Source: Candidatus Binatia bacterium
Lineage (GTDB): Bacteria > Desulfobacterota > Binatia > Bin18
DNA: 64,000 nt
Direction of reading: 5' to 3'
NCBI GenBank assembly: GCA_963666315.2
Contig: CAXXHG010000007.1
Coordinates: 1-64,000, forward strand
Every line of letters begins with the position of its first letter. Within the stretch, counting starts at the first letter, position 1. The notes under the pieces are model-generated. The model did no database searches. It worked only from the letters and a program-made list of their open reading frames with translations, and was not told the origin of the DNA. The translations under genes and the position numbers were made by a program. Shown one piece after another: positions 12,145-22,385 of this stretch.

Positions 12145-12526
12145 GTCCAGACCTCCTGAAAAATAAGAAGAGCTCTGAGGGAATCAACTGAGGGGGTCCC
12201 CAGGGCTTATGATTTTGTGAACCAGCCCAAAACACCAATCAAACAATGTCGTTTGGAATAGACACTATCCTCTGTAAACCCTATTTCTTTTTTGTGCGAA
12301 ACGCAACTGGGTGAAGCTCGTCGGGGCTCAGCGGGTAAAGCCAAAAGTGTCCGATCGGGCCTGTATGAGAGCCTCCAAGTCCGCACAGGAAGTCTGGGAT
12401 AATACGGCGCCCCATCATTCCGGGTCGCTTCTTCTCACCAGGTTTGGCCGCTCTTCCATCCCTGCAGCGACTATCTTACCATGGAAAAAAGACGAAGAGG
12501 TTTTTCTGAGCAGAGGAGGACTGACT

Positions 12527-12883
12527 ATGTTTATTGTGACGAATCGTATTCCGGTTGCTGCAGGGATGGAAGAAGAGTTTGAAGATCGTTTTCGAAACCG
12601 AGCCCACCTTATCGATAAGTCTCCTGGGTTTATTAGAAATCTTGTCCTACGACCTGTTCAGCGTCGGTTCAATCACCAAACCGGCGAGTGGGAAGAGAAA
12701 GAAGAGCAGGGGTATTACCTGGTGCAGACCTATTGGGAAAGTGAACAGGTTTTCTGGGACTGGACCAAGAGTGAGTCCTTTCGTATCGCTCATAGCAACC
12801 GTCCACCGGCAGAAATGTTTGCCGGACCCAATGTGCTGGAAATTCATGAAGTCATTTTGAATACTGAAAGAAGTGATGGATAA
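12527..12883 (+). CDS. Antibiotic biosynthesis monooxygenase family, IsdG/MhuD-like heme-degrading type
   Basis: MFIVTNRIPV...FE.RF..R...PGF...WES...W..SESFRIAH; GAGGAGG RBS before ATG 12527. Confidence 0.8.
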   Translation: MFIVTNRIPVAAGMEEEFEDRFRNRAHLIDKSPGFIRNLVLRPVQRRFNHQTGEWEEKEEQGYYLVQTYWESEQVFWDWTKSESFRIAHSNRPPAEMFAGPNVLEIHEVILNTERSDG

Positions 12884-14318
12884 GCAGCACAGCCAGATAG
12901 CGGAACGGTTCCAGCTTGTTATGCCGCAGGTGGATTTTTGCTCCTTACGGGTGGTGCAGGAACGCTCGGAGTCCCTGTCCGTACGTCAGAATATTTTACA
13001 ACCGGTCTCGAACGGGGACGATATCGGCGCGATGGTCACGATTGTCGATAACGGGGGCTTGGGGTATGCGGGCAGCAGCGATGTGACTGAAGCGGGACTG
13101 CGCCGTGCGGTCGAGCAGGCGTTGGACTGGGCTCGGCGGAGTGCTACTTGCAGTGTGACGGATTTCTCCCACATTGCTTTTGATCATCCACGGGGAGAGT
13201 ATGAAACGCTGGTGACCACGGCCTGGAATACGCTGCCTCTCCAAGACAAGATTGGCCTACTGCAGACCGAGAGTGCCCGACTGAAGACGGACGAGCGGAT
13301 CGTGGATTGGGAAGCCGACGTGTGGTATGCGGAGTGTGATACGCTCTTTATCACAAATGGTGGAGGCCGTGCGCACCAGCGGCTTTGCTACACCGTGCCG
13401 ATGTTAAGCGTCACAGCAAATGCCGGAACGGAAACCCACACCCGGACATTCGGCGGGCGCGGCTATTGTCGCCAAGGTGGCCTTGAGGTGCTGGATCAAA
13501 CAGGCTTTCGTGAGGCTGCGCCACAGCTGAGCGCTGAGGCACTCCAGCTGCTCAGCGCTCCAGATTGTCCGCACGGGGTGATGGACGTCCTATTGGCAGC
13601 GGATCAAATGATGCTCCAGATCCACGAGTCCATCGGCCATCCGCTTGAGCTGGATCGTATTCTGGGTGATGAACGCAACTATGCGGGAACCAGTTTTGTG
13701 ACACCGGAGATGTTTGGGTCGTACCAGTATGGCTCCGCGTTGCTGAATATCACCTTTGATCCAACTCGGCCGGAGCAGTTTGCCAGCTATCAGTTTGATG
13801 ACGAGGGCCAGCGCGCGCACAAAGAATATCTCATTCGGCAGGGTCTGTTACTGCGCGGTCTCGGCGGGGTGACGTCCCAGGCCCGTTCGGGCCTGCCCGG
13901 CGTGGCAAACTCCCGCTCGACAACGTGGAACCGACCGCCGATTGATCGCATGGCAAATTTAAACCTTGAGCCTGGACAGTCGGATTTCGACGCCATGGTT
14001 GCTGCGATAGAGCGCGGAGTGTATATGCGAACAAATTGTTCGTGGTCCATTGATGACTCTCGGAACAAATTCCAATTCGGCTGTGAATGGGCCCAGCTCA
14101 TCGAAAATGGCAAGCTGACTACTGTCGTCAAGAAACCGAATTACCGTGGGATTTCCGCCACGTTCTGGCACAATCTAAAAATGGTCGGAAACATGGATAG
14201 CTTTGAGGTCCTTGGGACGCCCTTTTGTGGTAAGGGCGAGCCGAATCAAATCGTTCGCGTTGGCCACGCCGCTCCGGCCTGTGTGTTTACCGACGTTGAG
14301 GTTTTTGGCGGGGCCTAA
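12873..14318 (+). CDS. tldD: TldD family metalloprotease
   Basis: QIHESIGHPLELDRILG (HExxxH), PIDRMANL, SWSIDD, CGKGEP. Confidence 0.9.
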   Translation: MMDKQHSQIAERFQLVMPQVDFCSLRVVQERSESLSVRQNILQPVSNGDDIGAMVTIVDNGGLGYAGSSDVTEAGLRRAVEQALDWARRSATCSVTDFSHIAFDHPRGEYETLVTTAWNTLPLQDKIGLLQTESARLKTDERIVDWEADVWYAECDTLFITNGGGRAHQRLCYTVPMLSVTANAGTETHTRTFGGRGYCRQGGLEVLDQTGFREAAPQLSAEALQLLSAPDCPHGVMDVLLAADQMMLQIHESIGHPLELDRILGDERNYAGTSFVTPEMFGSYQYGSALLNITFDPTRPEQFASYQFDDEGQRAHKEYLIRQGLLLRGLGGVTSQARSGLPGVANSRSTTWNRPPIDRMANLNLEPGQSDFDAMVAAIERGVYMRTNCSWSIDDSRNKFQFGCEWAQLIENGKLTTVVKKPNYRGISATFWHNLKMVGNMDSFEVLGTPFCGKGEPNQIVRVGHAAPACVFTDVEVFGGA

Positions 14319-14321
14319 GCC

Positions 14322-15647
14322 ATGCAGGACTACTTCTATCGGCTGGTCGATTTCGTCACAGAAGACCTCAGCGCTGAGGAAATAGTGCTGTATAATTTTT
14401 CTGCTGAAGATTCGGACTTTGTGCGTTTCAACCGAAGCGCCATACGCCAAGCCGGCACTGTTGCGCAGCGGTCATTGGACATCAAACTCATTGTCGCACA
14501 GCGCCAGGCCGACGGAGACATTGCGCTGTGCGGCGACTTTAGCGTTGATCGTGAACGAGCAGCCATATTGGTCGAGAGGCTGCGTGCTCAGTTGCCGTAT
14601 CTCCCCGACGATCCGCATCTACTCTACGCCTCTGAGGTGGAGTCAAGTGAACACCTTGGAGAGAATCGGCTGCCTGAAGAACGTGGGGCCATTGTCGAGG
14701 CCATCTTGCAGGCCGGATGCGGGCGAGATCTGGTGGGGATGTATGCAGCTGGGGGTATCCATACCGGTTTTGCGAATTCCTTCGGCCAGCGCAACTGGTT
14801 TTCTACTTATACGTATAACGTGGACTGGAGCTTCTACCTGAGCGGCGATAAGGCGGTGAAAGCGGCGCACGCCGGATTTGTCTGGGATCCCAAAGAATTC
14901 CAACGCAAAGTGGACCAGACGGTCCAGCAACTTGATAGTCTCTCATTTCCGGCAAAGACGATTTCCCCCGGTCAATACCGAGTCTATCTTGCGCCGGCTG
15001 CCGTGGGTGAAGTCATTGAACTACTGAACTGGGGAGGGTTTGGTCTCAAAGAGCAGCGCACCAAGCAAACGCCGCTTATCAAAATGATTGAAGAAGGTGT
15101 GCGACTGCACTCTGGTATTACGCTGCTCGAAAATACACGCGCTGGTGTGGCCCCGAACTTTCAGGAAGATGGCTTTCGCAAACCCGATCAAGTCCGACTG
15201 ATAGAAAACGGGACGCTGGGCGACTGCCTTGTGTCTCCTCGGTCAGCCAAGGAATATGGGGTACCCACGAACGGATCGTCCGGCTGGGAAGCCCCCGAGT
15301 CGGTTGAGATGGCATCGGGCGAGTTGACGCAAGACGCACTGCTCGAACGTCTCGACACAGGTGTGTATATCAATAATTTGTGGTATCTGAACTACTCTGA
15401 TCGAGAGGCGTGCCGGATGACCGGAATGACGCGCTTTGCAACGTTTTGGGTGGAAAACGGCGAGATCCAGGCACCACTCAACGTGATGCGGTTTGATGAA
15501 TCCGTATACCGCTTTCTTGGCACTGAGGTGATCGGAATCACAGCTGAGCGGGAGTTTCTGCTCGACCCAAATACATATCACGCCCGGTCAACCGGTAGCA
15601 GCCGGTTGCCGGGGATATTGATCCAAGATTTTACCTTTACCTTATAG
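14322..15647 (+). CDS. TldE/PmbA family partner subunit
   Basis: RFN, NLWYLN.SDR...TGMTR.ATFWVENGEI; no HExxxH; follows tldD. Confidence 0.85.
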   Translation: MQDYFYRLVDFVTEDLSAEEIVLYNFSAEDSDFVRFNRSAIRQAGTVAQRSLDIKLIVAQRQADGDIALCGDFSVDRERAAILVERLRAQLPYLPDDPHLLYASEVESSEHLGENRLPEERGAIVEAILQAGCGRDLVGMYAAGGIHTGFANSFGQRNWFSTYTYNVDWSFYLSGDKAVKAAHAGFVWDPKEFQRKVDQTVQQLDSLSFPAKTISPGQYRVYLAPAAVGEVIELLNWGGFGLKEQRTKQTPLIKMIEEGVRLHSGITLLENTRAGVAPNFQEDGFRKPDQVRLIENGTLGDCLVSPRSAKEYGVPTNGSSGWEAPESVEMASGELTQDALLERLDTGVYINNLWYLNYSDREACRMTGMTRFATFWVENGEIQAPLNVMRFDESVYRFLGTEVIGITAEREFLLDPNTYHARSTGSSRLPGILIQDFTFTL

Positions 15648-15734
15648 GAACGCTGCACCGAGGGAGTGGGGGGGATGGAGGCTGGTTTGTCAGGGCTTCC
15701 CGTTCGTGACATCGGCTGTAATTCGGGAGGCGTG

Positions 15735-16070
15735 TTACAGCCCTTGCGGTTTGAGCCATTCCTTAACATGGTCTGCGGTCGAGCTTGGGTGGCAGGTGTG
15801 ACACACAGGAATATACTGCAGGTTGATCCACCAGACTCTCTGGCCGCAGTGAGGACATGGGTCGGGATCAGTGTGGTGGACAACCGTATACTCCTGCTTT
15901 GTCACGTGGGCCATACGCAGGCTGCGTAAAATTTCGCTTTTGTGTGCTTTGAGTAATGCGGTCAGCTCCGGGGTCAACTTGCTCGCTGGGGCGACCGCGA
16001 GCTTGTCGCCCCGAGGGGTGAGCTGAAAGCCGCGCCGCTTGAGATCTGAAATCAAAGCATCGATATTCAT
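15735..16070 (-). CDS. Small protein: TubC N-terminal docking-domain-like module plus CxxC...CxxC zinc ribbon
   Basis: LKRRGFQLTPRGDKLAVAPASKLTPELTALLKAHKSEIL then CPHC...CHTC; GGAAGGA RBS before ATG 16070. Confidence 0.6.
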   Translation of the reverse strand: MNIDALISDLKRRGFQLTPRGDKLAVAPASKLTPELTALLKAHKSEILRSLRMAHVTKQEYTVVHHTDPDPCPHCGQRVWWINLQYIPVCHTCHPSSTADHVKEWLKPQGL

Positions 16071-16110
16071 GCGATATCCTTCCTTCCTACGCACAGCGTG
16101 CAAAGTTGCT

Positions 16111-16374
16111 TTATCCTCCGGTATTGGCGGTATTTGATGGGTCGAATGCCTGTAGGTGTAGATCCGCTGGGGGCTGGCGTCCAGCCCGGGTTGTGTCTGA
16201 GCGAGTGAGATGTAGCGGGGAAAGCGCGAAGAGCAAAACGATCAATAAAAGTGAGACCATCAATGCAAAGCGCATCTCCGCCCTGCCTCTACTTGCCACG
16301 TAAGCCAGCCCAGCGATGGCGATAATGCCGATCGAACAGGTCATAAAAAACAGCGTGGTGAATGGGGCGAGCAT
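16111..16374 (-). CDS. Small hypothetical membrane protein (two TM segments)
   Basis: Two hydrophobic stretches; co-oriented with the downstream small gene. Confidence 0.45.
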   Translation of the reverse strand: MLAPFTTLFFMTCSIGIIAIAGLAYVASRGRAEMRFALMVSLLLIVLLFALSPLHLTRSDTTRAGRQPPADLHLQAFDPSNTANTGG

Positions 16375-16584
16375 GGGTCTTTTCTACGTGCGTATCTATG
16401 ACTCTGACAGAAAGCAAGTCAGGTGCCAGCATGTAAAATGTACCAGGGGAAGTACTATCATATTGAAAAGATAAGAGTTTTTCGGATTACGAGTCTGAAG
16501 ATCCCAAATCTTTTCGGGCGGGTCAAGCAACATCAGGCGCAGACGCCTGACCTTGTCTGAAGTGGGCTTGCCTGAAACGGGCCC

Positions 16585-17796
16585 TTATTGAAACGGGGCG
16601 TTGTTTTCCACACCGAGGAGATGTTTCCCAACTAGTTCGGTCACACGGTCCGGATGAGCATTAATATGCAGCGGCATGGCCTGAAAGTCGCGATAGCGTC
16701 GCTCAAAAGAGCCGCCCTCGCGTAAACCATTCCCACCCTGAACGCGCAGTAGCAGGCGCATGGCCTCATCACATAAGCGGATGGCGGTCATACTATAGCT
16801 GAGTTGGCGCAGGTAATCGGTTTCCGTTGGGGTGATCTCGGCTTCAATGCGGGCGTCAGTTTCAGCACAGCCGGTCAGCACAGCCGCGCGCGCGCAGGCA
16901 ATGGCGGCGCCGGCCTGACCGATATTGAGTTGAACAGCCGGCCGGTCGGCGACTTTGACCCCGAATATAGCCACTCGGTCATGGAGGTCTCGACACGCTT
17001 CGTCAAGCGCAGCCGCAGCCACACCAACAGTCTGGGCACCAAGCCACAGATCGGATAGCGCAATCCAGTCCTCGCGATAGCGCTGCGCGACCATAGGCCG
17101 ATCGGGGTCTCGGAATTGCACCCGAAAGTCCAGATGAAAAGTCCGTGTCAAGGAGGCAGGGACGGAGACTTCTTCGTAGTCAATGTGATCGGTTGCCGAT
17201 GCGCGTAGGCTCATTGAGAGCCATGTCGGGTCAATCGATACGCCTGGTGCATCAGTCCGGACAACGGTAAAGCGCAAGTCCGGCTTTTCTGCAGGTGGAT
17301 GTGTAGCGTGAGCCATGGCAAACAGACAGCCTGCCCAATCGCCATACCGCGCGCCCGAGGCGAAGCTGGCCCGTCCGTTAATGACGACCCGGTCTCCGTC
17401 CGTCGTGCCATGCACGTTGGTCCCGGCGCCGGCAGGAAAACTGACCCATTGCCGGTTCATAACGATCTGTGTGAGTGTGTCGATCCCATCCGGGCCGAGC
17501 TGACCACAAAAGAAATGAAACACACACAAGTGGTTCCACAAGCACCAGGCGGTTGAGGCGCACGCCCCGGCCATTACCTCAAGCTCTGTGGCAATTGTTC
17601 CGACGCTGGCTTCCACACCGCCAATATTGCACGTGGCTGAGGCGCGAATGAGATCGGTCTGTTTAATGGCTTGGATAACAGCCGGGTCAATACTACGCGT
17701 TGCATCCGCTTGTGCCGCCTGCTCGGCCACAAGGGGCAGAATGGAGTTACATATCAGATCTTGGCTATTGTTGAGAAAGGTTTGCACCGTATTCAT
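16585..17796 (-). CDS. Acyl-CoA dehydrogenase-fold flavin-dependent monooxygenase (HsaA-like oxygenase component)
   Basis: ACASTAW, NGRASFASG...DW, W..MSLRASAT, GGNG......FERRYRD. Confidence 0.8.
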   Translation of the reverse strand: MNTVQTFLNNSQDLICNSILPLVAEQAAQADATRSIDPAVIQAIKQTDLIRASATCNIGGVEASVGTIATELEVMAGACASTAWCLWNHLCVFHFFCGQLGPDGIDTLTQIVMNRQWVSFPAGAGTNVHGTTDGDRVVINGRASFASGARYGDWAGCLFAMAHATHPPAEKPDLRFTVVRTDAPGVSIDPTWLSMSLRASATDHIDYEEVSVPASLTRTFHLDFRVQFRDPDRPMVAQRYREDWIALSDLWLGAQTVGVAAAALDEACRDLHDRVAIFGVKVADRPAVQLNIGQAGAAIACARAAVLTGCAETDARIEAEITPTETDYLRQLSYSMTAIRLCDEAMRLLLRVQGGNGLREGGSFERRYRDFQAMPLHINAHPDRVTELVGKHLLGVENNAPFQ

Positions 17797-17959
17797 AGGA
17801 ACTCCCCATTTCCGGTGCCGGGCATGGTTACAGCCGCCAGTAACGCTGTCAAGCAGCCAAGCATCTAAATAGAAGGCAGATCAAAGCAAAGGGCCTTTTT
17901 GGGGAGGGCATCAAGACTTTCCAAAAAATTTCGTCCCTTTTGCGAAAAGGAGATCGCAT

Positions 17960-18661
17960 ATGAAACAAGTGTGTCTATCGCTCACCACAGCAGTAGTGTT
18001 TCTTAGCAGCGTCTTGACCACGGGCGCGTCCCCGGCGTGGGCAAGACCATTCTCCGTGACCATCACAAATCTGACGAAAGGCCAGACCTTTACCCCACCG
18101 ATTATAGTCAGCCATAAGGCGGGCTTTCAGGTTTTTGAGGCGGGTACCCCGGCAAGCGTAGAACTCGAATCCATCGCGGAAGGCGGGGATACGAATCCTT
18201 TAGCAATGTTCCTCCAAGGGGCAGCTGATGTGAGAGATATCGTGCAGGGAGATGCTCTCATCGGACCGGGCATGTCTGCAACGTTCACCATCGATGTGCG
18301 GTTTTCGAGCAGTTCGGACAAAAGGTTCAACCGTGTCAGTGTGGTGACTATGTTGATCCCCACCAATGATACTTTTATCGCGCTTGATGGCTTCAAAGTC
18401 AGACACGACCGGGCGGAAACGGTCTTCCTGCGCGCCTATGATGCCGGCACAGAAGTCAATGATGAGGACTGCGACAATATCCCCGGTCCTCAATGCGCGG
18501 CAATCGATACGGCAAGTGCGGGGGAAGGCTTTAATGCCGACCGATCCGGTGCAGAGGGTGTCATTTATGTCGGGAACGGCATCAATGGAATAGGGGATCT
18601 TTCTCAGGCCACCTATACGTGGAACAACCCGGTCGCAGGGATTGTTCTAGGCCAGCCTTAA
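17960..18661 (+). CDS. Secreted spondin-domain protein
   Basis: Signal peptide, VTITNLT.GQ.FTP, AEGG, MLIPTND.F, YDAGTE.NDE. Confidence 0.8.
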   Translation: MKQVCLSLTTAVVFLSSVLTTGASPAWARPFSVTITNLTKGQTFTPPIIVSHKAGFQVFEAGTPASVELESIAEGGDTNPLAMFLQGAADVRDIVQGDALIGPGMSATFTIDVRFSSSSDKRFNRVSVVTMLIPTNDTFIALDGFKVRHDRAETVFLRAYDAGTEVNDEDCDNIPGPQCAAIDTASAGEGFNADRSGAEGVIYVGNGINGIGDLSQATYTWNNPVAGIVLGQP

Positions 18662-18689
18662 AAGGCTGGCGAGAGAAGCGCATGAATAT

Positions 18690-18746
18690 CTGGTCGGTCG
18701 GGTCGCCCGACCTGACCGATCGGGGCGCCGGACTCGACCTGACCAG
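18690..18746. repeat. Intergenic REP-like imperfect hairpin
   Basis: TCGGTCGGGTCG-CC-CGACCTGACCGA plus a second CGACCTGACC copy, between convergent genes. Confidence 0.45.
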
Positions 18747-18751
18747 CATGC

Positions 18752-19465
18752 TCAGGTCTTGCCTATAGCGTGGTCTTCATTCTGTTCATCTAGGATGACC
18801 AGGCCGTCGCGAAACACAATGCGCCGCTTAGCAAACCGAGCAATATCCGGCTCATGGGTGACGACCAGTACGGTGATACCTTGTTGATGCAGTGTGGTGA
18901 AAATATCCATGACCTCTGCACTGGTTACGCTATCCAAATTGCCGGTTGGTTCTTCAGCCAAAATCACGGTGGGATTATTCACCAAGGCCCGGGCTATGGC
19001 CACCCGTTGTTGTTCTCCACCCGATAACTGGCTGGGTTGATGATGTTCGCGTCCTTCCAGTCCGACCGACCGCAGGGCAGCAAACGCTTGCTCTGACTGA
19101 TCTTCTGGGGGAAACGAGCGGTAGACCAAAGGCAGTTCTACGTTTTCTAAAGCACTCGTACGGGACAAGAGATTAAAATTCTGAAAAACAAATCCAAGCT
19201 TGGCGCTGCGTAACTCTGCCCGTTCATCAGCCGTGAGTGTGGCTACATCAATCCCATCGAGCCGATAGCGGCCGGCGGTGGGTCGATCCAGGCAACCCAG
19301 AATATTCATAAACGTAGATTTTCCCGAACCGGAGGCCCCCATCATGGCGACAAACTTTCCTTGTGTAATGGAAAGAGAGACGCAGCGCAGCGCATGCACC
19401 CCGACCTCACCAAGCTGGTAAACCTTGGCAAGATTTTCAACGACGAGAAAGTTTGCTTGCCGCAC
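18752..19465 (-). CDS. MacB/LolD-type ABC ATPase, possibly inactive
   Basis: [24 protein letters not shown]; Walker B reads [11 protein letters not shown] instead of ILADEPT. Confidence 0.85.
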   Translation of the reverse strand: MRQANFLVVENLAKVYQLGEVGVHALRCVSLSITQGKFVAMMGASGSGKSTFMNILGCLDRPTAGRYRLDGIDVATLTADERAELRSAKLGFVFQNFNLLSRTSALENVELPLVYRSFPPEDQSEQAFAALRSVGLEGREHHQPSQLSGGEQQRVAIARALVNNPTVILAEEPTGNLDSVTSAEVMDIFTTLHQQGITVLVVTHEPDIARFAKRRIVFRDGLVILDEQNEDHAIGKT

Positions 19466-19507
19466 GTATTGATTTGCCCGGGCGCCTATTTTTTGAAGCT
19501 ATTTCTT

Positions 19508-20172
19508 TTAGGTCCGACGCCAACGCATCCCAAGGCCGGGTAAGGTTGTGCGCTCGTCGTCTCCAGTGTGGCGCTGTATACCAATGACAACCTGATCGCC
19601 CTCACTCAGGCTGCCATTCAGCAGCTCGAAATCGGTTTCGTCACTCACCCTAGGTTGGACCCGAACGGGCTGGAGAGAGGGGTCATTCGCCTGAATCCAT
19701 ATCTGGGGGTCGTCCAGTCTTGGAGCCAGTCCGTCACGCTCACGAGACGGACCGGCTCCATTTGTGTCAGGCGGTCGAAACCGTAGGGCGGCAAGTGGGA
19801 CTTTCAGGACCCCCTCGCGGTGGGCGCTGATAATCGAGATATAGGCCGTCATGCCGGGCTTGAGCGCAAAGTCCGCATTTTTGACCGTTACAACGACATC
19901 ATAGGTCACCACATTCTGGACCGTCTGAGGTGCGTTGCGGACTTGAGCAACCTGGCCCCAAAATTGGCGGTCTGGATAGGCGTCAACAGAAAAAAGGCGC
20001 GCTGGCCTTCTACCACCCCCCCAATATCGGACTCGCTGACATTGGCATTGACCTGCATTTTGGTCAGGTACTGGATCTGAGGCGGGTCACTGTCCAGATA
20101 CCACCACGTCCCCAGTGCGAGACTGGCACTGAGCAGCAAAAGGAGTGTGAGCGGGCGGGTCAGAACACGCAT
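19508..20172 (-). pseudogene. MacA-like efflux periplasmic adaptor, internally deleted and frameshifted
   Basis: N-terminal TM joined directly to LTKMQVNANVSESDIG; adding one base near 19989 restores AFF-TVDAYPDRQF...VQNVVTYDVV...LKPGMTA. Confidence 0.85.
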
Positions 20173-20173
20173 T

Positions 20174-21511
20174 TTATTCCAAGGCTTTGCCGATGGCGCG
20201 TTCCAGATCCGCCCGCGCGGTCTTAAAGGTGTAGAGCGCCTGAATCTGATTCGCTCGTGCTGATGTGAGTGACACCTGGGCGTCCGTTACTTCGATAATA
20301 TTGCCGACCCCGGTTGTATAGCGTCCCTCAGCAAGCCCCATATTCTCCTGTGCCTGGAGGACGGTTTGTGCATTCACCCGGATGCTCTCCTCGGCTTGGC
20401 CCAGAGTCAGTAAACTTTGGCGTACCTGAAGCGTAATCTCAAGTCGCAAATTTTCTTCTTGGGCCTTGAGCCTACGCAGGTTGGCTTGGACTTCGCCAAC
20501 CTGCGCAATCGTGCGAATATCGTCGAATAGCGGAAACGTTAACGTCACGCCCAGCTGCCAGCCGTCTTGCAATGGATGCTCTCGCCCGGTCCAATTGTAC
20601 TGGGCATCACCAGAGACTAAGGGCAGGTATTGTTTCTGTAAGGATGCTACACGCTCCGCTGTCATGCGTTGTTGGGCTTGAATGCTCTGGAGTTCTGAGC
20701 GGCTGGCGTATGCCAGCGTAAGGATCTTTTCAGCGTCGAATGTGCAGGATCGCCGATCAAGTGTATCCTCAACAGTAAAAGTAAACGGCTGCGGACTGCC
20801 CAAGGCCGTGCGCAGAGTTTCGTGGGATAAGGAGACATTGTTTTTGGCGATGAGTAGATCGAGCTGGGCATTGGACAATTGGACCTGAGGTTGGGTTACG
20901 TCGAATCGCGGCGCTAATCCAACCTCAAGTCGGGCTTGGGCCTCTTCGAGCAATTGTGTATTTTGCCGAACGGTTTCTTCAGCGACCTTGAGCAAGCGCT
21001 GGGTGGACAGCAGGCTATAATACGCCTGCTTGGTATTGAAAATAACGGTTTGCTTTAAGGTTTCCAGATCCGAGCGACTGGCATCAACGTCTGCTACTGC
21101 TGAGCGTATGGCGTGCAAGGTTCGACCAAAGTCAAACAATAGCTGGCTCATCCCGAAATTTGTTCTGTGGAAATTGAATTTTTGTGACGTTGTGCGTTGT
21201 CGAATACTATCGTCTGTCTCGATTCCGCCCACAGCGGTGGTGACAGGAATCTCCTCGAGGATAAGTCGATACGTATACGCGCCGCGGGGTAGATAGCCTG
21301 CGGTTTTCTGCCATACACGTTGCTGAGCTGCCTCAATATCCGCTTGTCCGATCCGTAAGAGCGGGTGCTGTTGCAGCGCGATGTCCAGCGCATCCTGTAG
21401 GGAGAGCGGTGTGTCGGCAACTGTTTCGCTTTGGACGGTTCCAGCTAAAGACATGCATATGAGCAAGCTCAGCAGTCCGTCCCGCACCGTACTCCCCCAA
21501 CATAGATTCAT
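20174..21511 (-). CDS. TolC family outer membrane efflux protein (start uncertain)
   Basis: LSLQDALDIALQQHP, LLFDFG, AYY, RY..GVG..IEV.DAQ. Confidence 0.85.
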   Translation of the reverse strand: MNLCWGSTVRDGLLSLLICMSLAGTVQSETVADTPLSLQDALDIALQQHPLLRIGQADIEAAQQRVWQKTAGYLPRGAYTYRLILEEIPVTTAVGGIETDDSIRQRTTSQKFNFHRTNFGMSQLLFDFGRTLHAIRSAVADVDASRSDLETLKQTVIFNTKQAYYSLLSTQRLLKVAEETVRQNTQLLEEAQARLEVGLAPRFDVTQPQVQLSNAQLDLLIAKNNVSLSHETLRTALGSPQPFTFTVEDTLDRRSCTFDAEKILTLAYASRSELQSIQAQQRMTAERVASLQKQYLPLVSGDAQYNWTGREHPLQDGWQLGVTLTFPLFDDIRTIAQVGEVQANLRRLKAQEENLRLEITLQVRQSLLTLGQAEESIRVNAQTVLQAQENMGLAEGRYTTGVGNIIEVTDAQVSLTSARANQIQALYTFKTARADLERAIGKALE

Positions 21512-21583
21512 AGAAATATTGTCACCCATCCGGGCGGGGGATGCTACATCCCCTGTCGGCGCAGATAGGACATAGCACGAACT

Positions 21584-21610
21584 GTCATTCTCGTGGAAAC
21601 CGGAATCCAG
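21584..21610. repeat. GTCATTCCCG...GGAATCCAG-type palindromic repeat element
   Basis: GTCATTCTCGTGGAAACCGGAATCCAG; accounts for the spurious LDSGFHEND N-terminus of the long TolC ORF. Confidence 0.6.
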
Positions 21611-21668
21611 GCGGGAGGGCCCGGGGCGCTGATACCGCACTCCTGGCAGTTTTGTTATGCGTTCTTAG

Positions 21669-22292
21669 CTACGCCGTATGTTCCAACGCCCACATGATGA
21701 GATCGACGCTGCCCTCGTCGCCCCAGCGGCTGGAATCGATCAATAGATTATAATGGCTCGGGTTGCGCCAGTCGTCGTGGTAAAAGGTGTGGGCGTAATC
21801 CGCACGAATCTTGTCCATGCCGGCGATACGTTCCTTGGCTTTGTCTTGGTCCAGATCTTCGGCTTGCATGACCCGCTCAAGGCGCGTTGCTAAAGGCGCA
21901 TGCACAAATATATGCAGGGCGTCGGGATGGTTTTCAAGGATGCGGTTCCCGCCTCGGCCAATCAATATCGCCTTACCCTTCTGAGCAACGTCTTCCACAA
22001 TGGTCTTGGTCATACGGACAAGTTGGGCGTCGTTCAGCCACAGCGGTGGCGGAACGTCGTAGGCGGACTCAAAGCCGCCTAAGCCGAACAGCCCGACCAT
22101 GCGTTCGATAAACGAATCGACGCGCTCGTCTTTGGCCTCGATATACTCTTCGGACACTTTATACTGTGAGGCGATCTGGCGTACGATCTCTTTTTCCCAG
22201 ACCGTCCAATCCAAGCGGCGCCCGAGATCGCGAGCAATGACACTGCCGCCGCTGCCGTACAAATGGGACAAGGTCAGGATAGACTTCCCCAT
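21669..22292 (-). CDS. Cytidylate kinase-like family protein
   Basis: TLSHLYGSGG..IA..L, ILIGRGG, D..R..Y...FY..DW..P..Y.L.IDS. Confidence 0.85.
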   Translation of the reverse strand: MGKSILTLSHLYGSGGSVIARDLGRRLDWTVWEKEIVRQIASQYKVSEEYIEAKDERVDSFIERMVGLFGLGGFESAYDVPPPLWLNDAQLVRMTKTIVEDVAQKGKAILIGRGGNRILENHPDALHIFVHAPLATRLERVMQAEDLDQDKAKERIAGMDKIRADYAHTFYHDDWRNPSHYNLLIDSSRWGDEGSVDLIMWALEHTA

Positions 22293-22385
22293 AGTCGCCT
22301 CCTTTTGTTCACGCTGCGGGGAGTGGGCGCATTCTAGAAATCTTGTCCCACGTGTATCAATTCTCCCAAATTCTCCATAGTAGCC

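Noticed and set aside
21512-21640. N-terminal extension of the TolC ORF
   Set aside because: It reads through an intergenic palindromic repeat; the signal-like sequence starts later.
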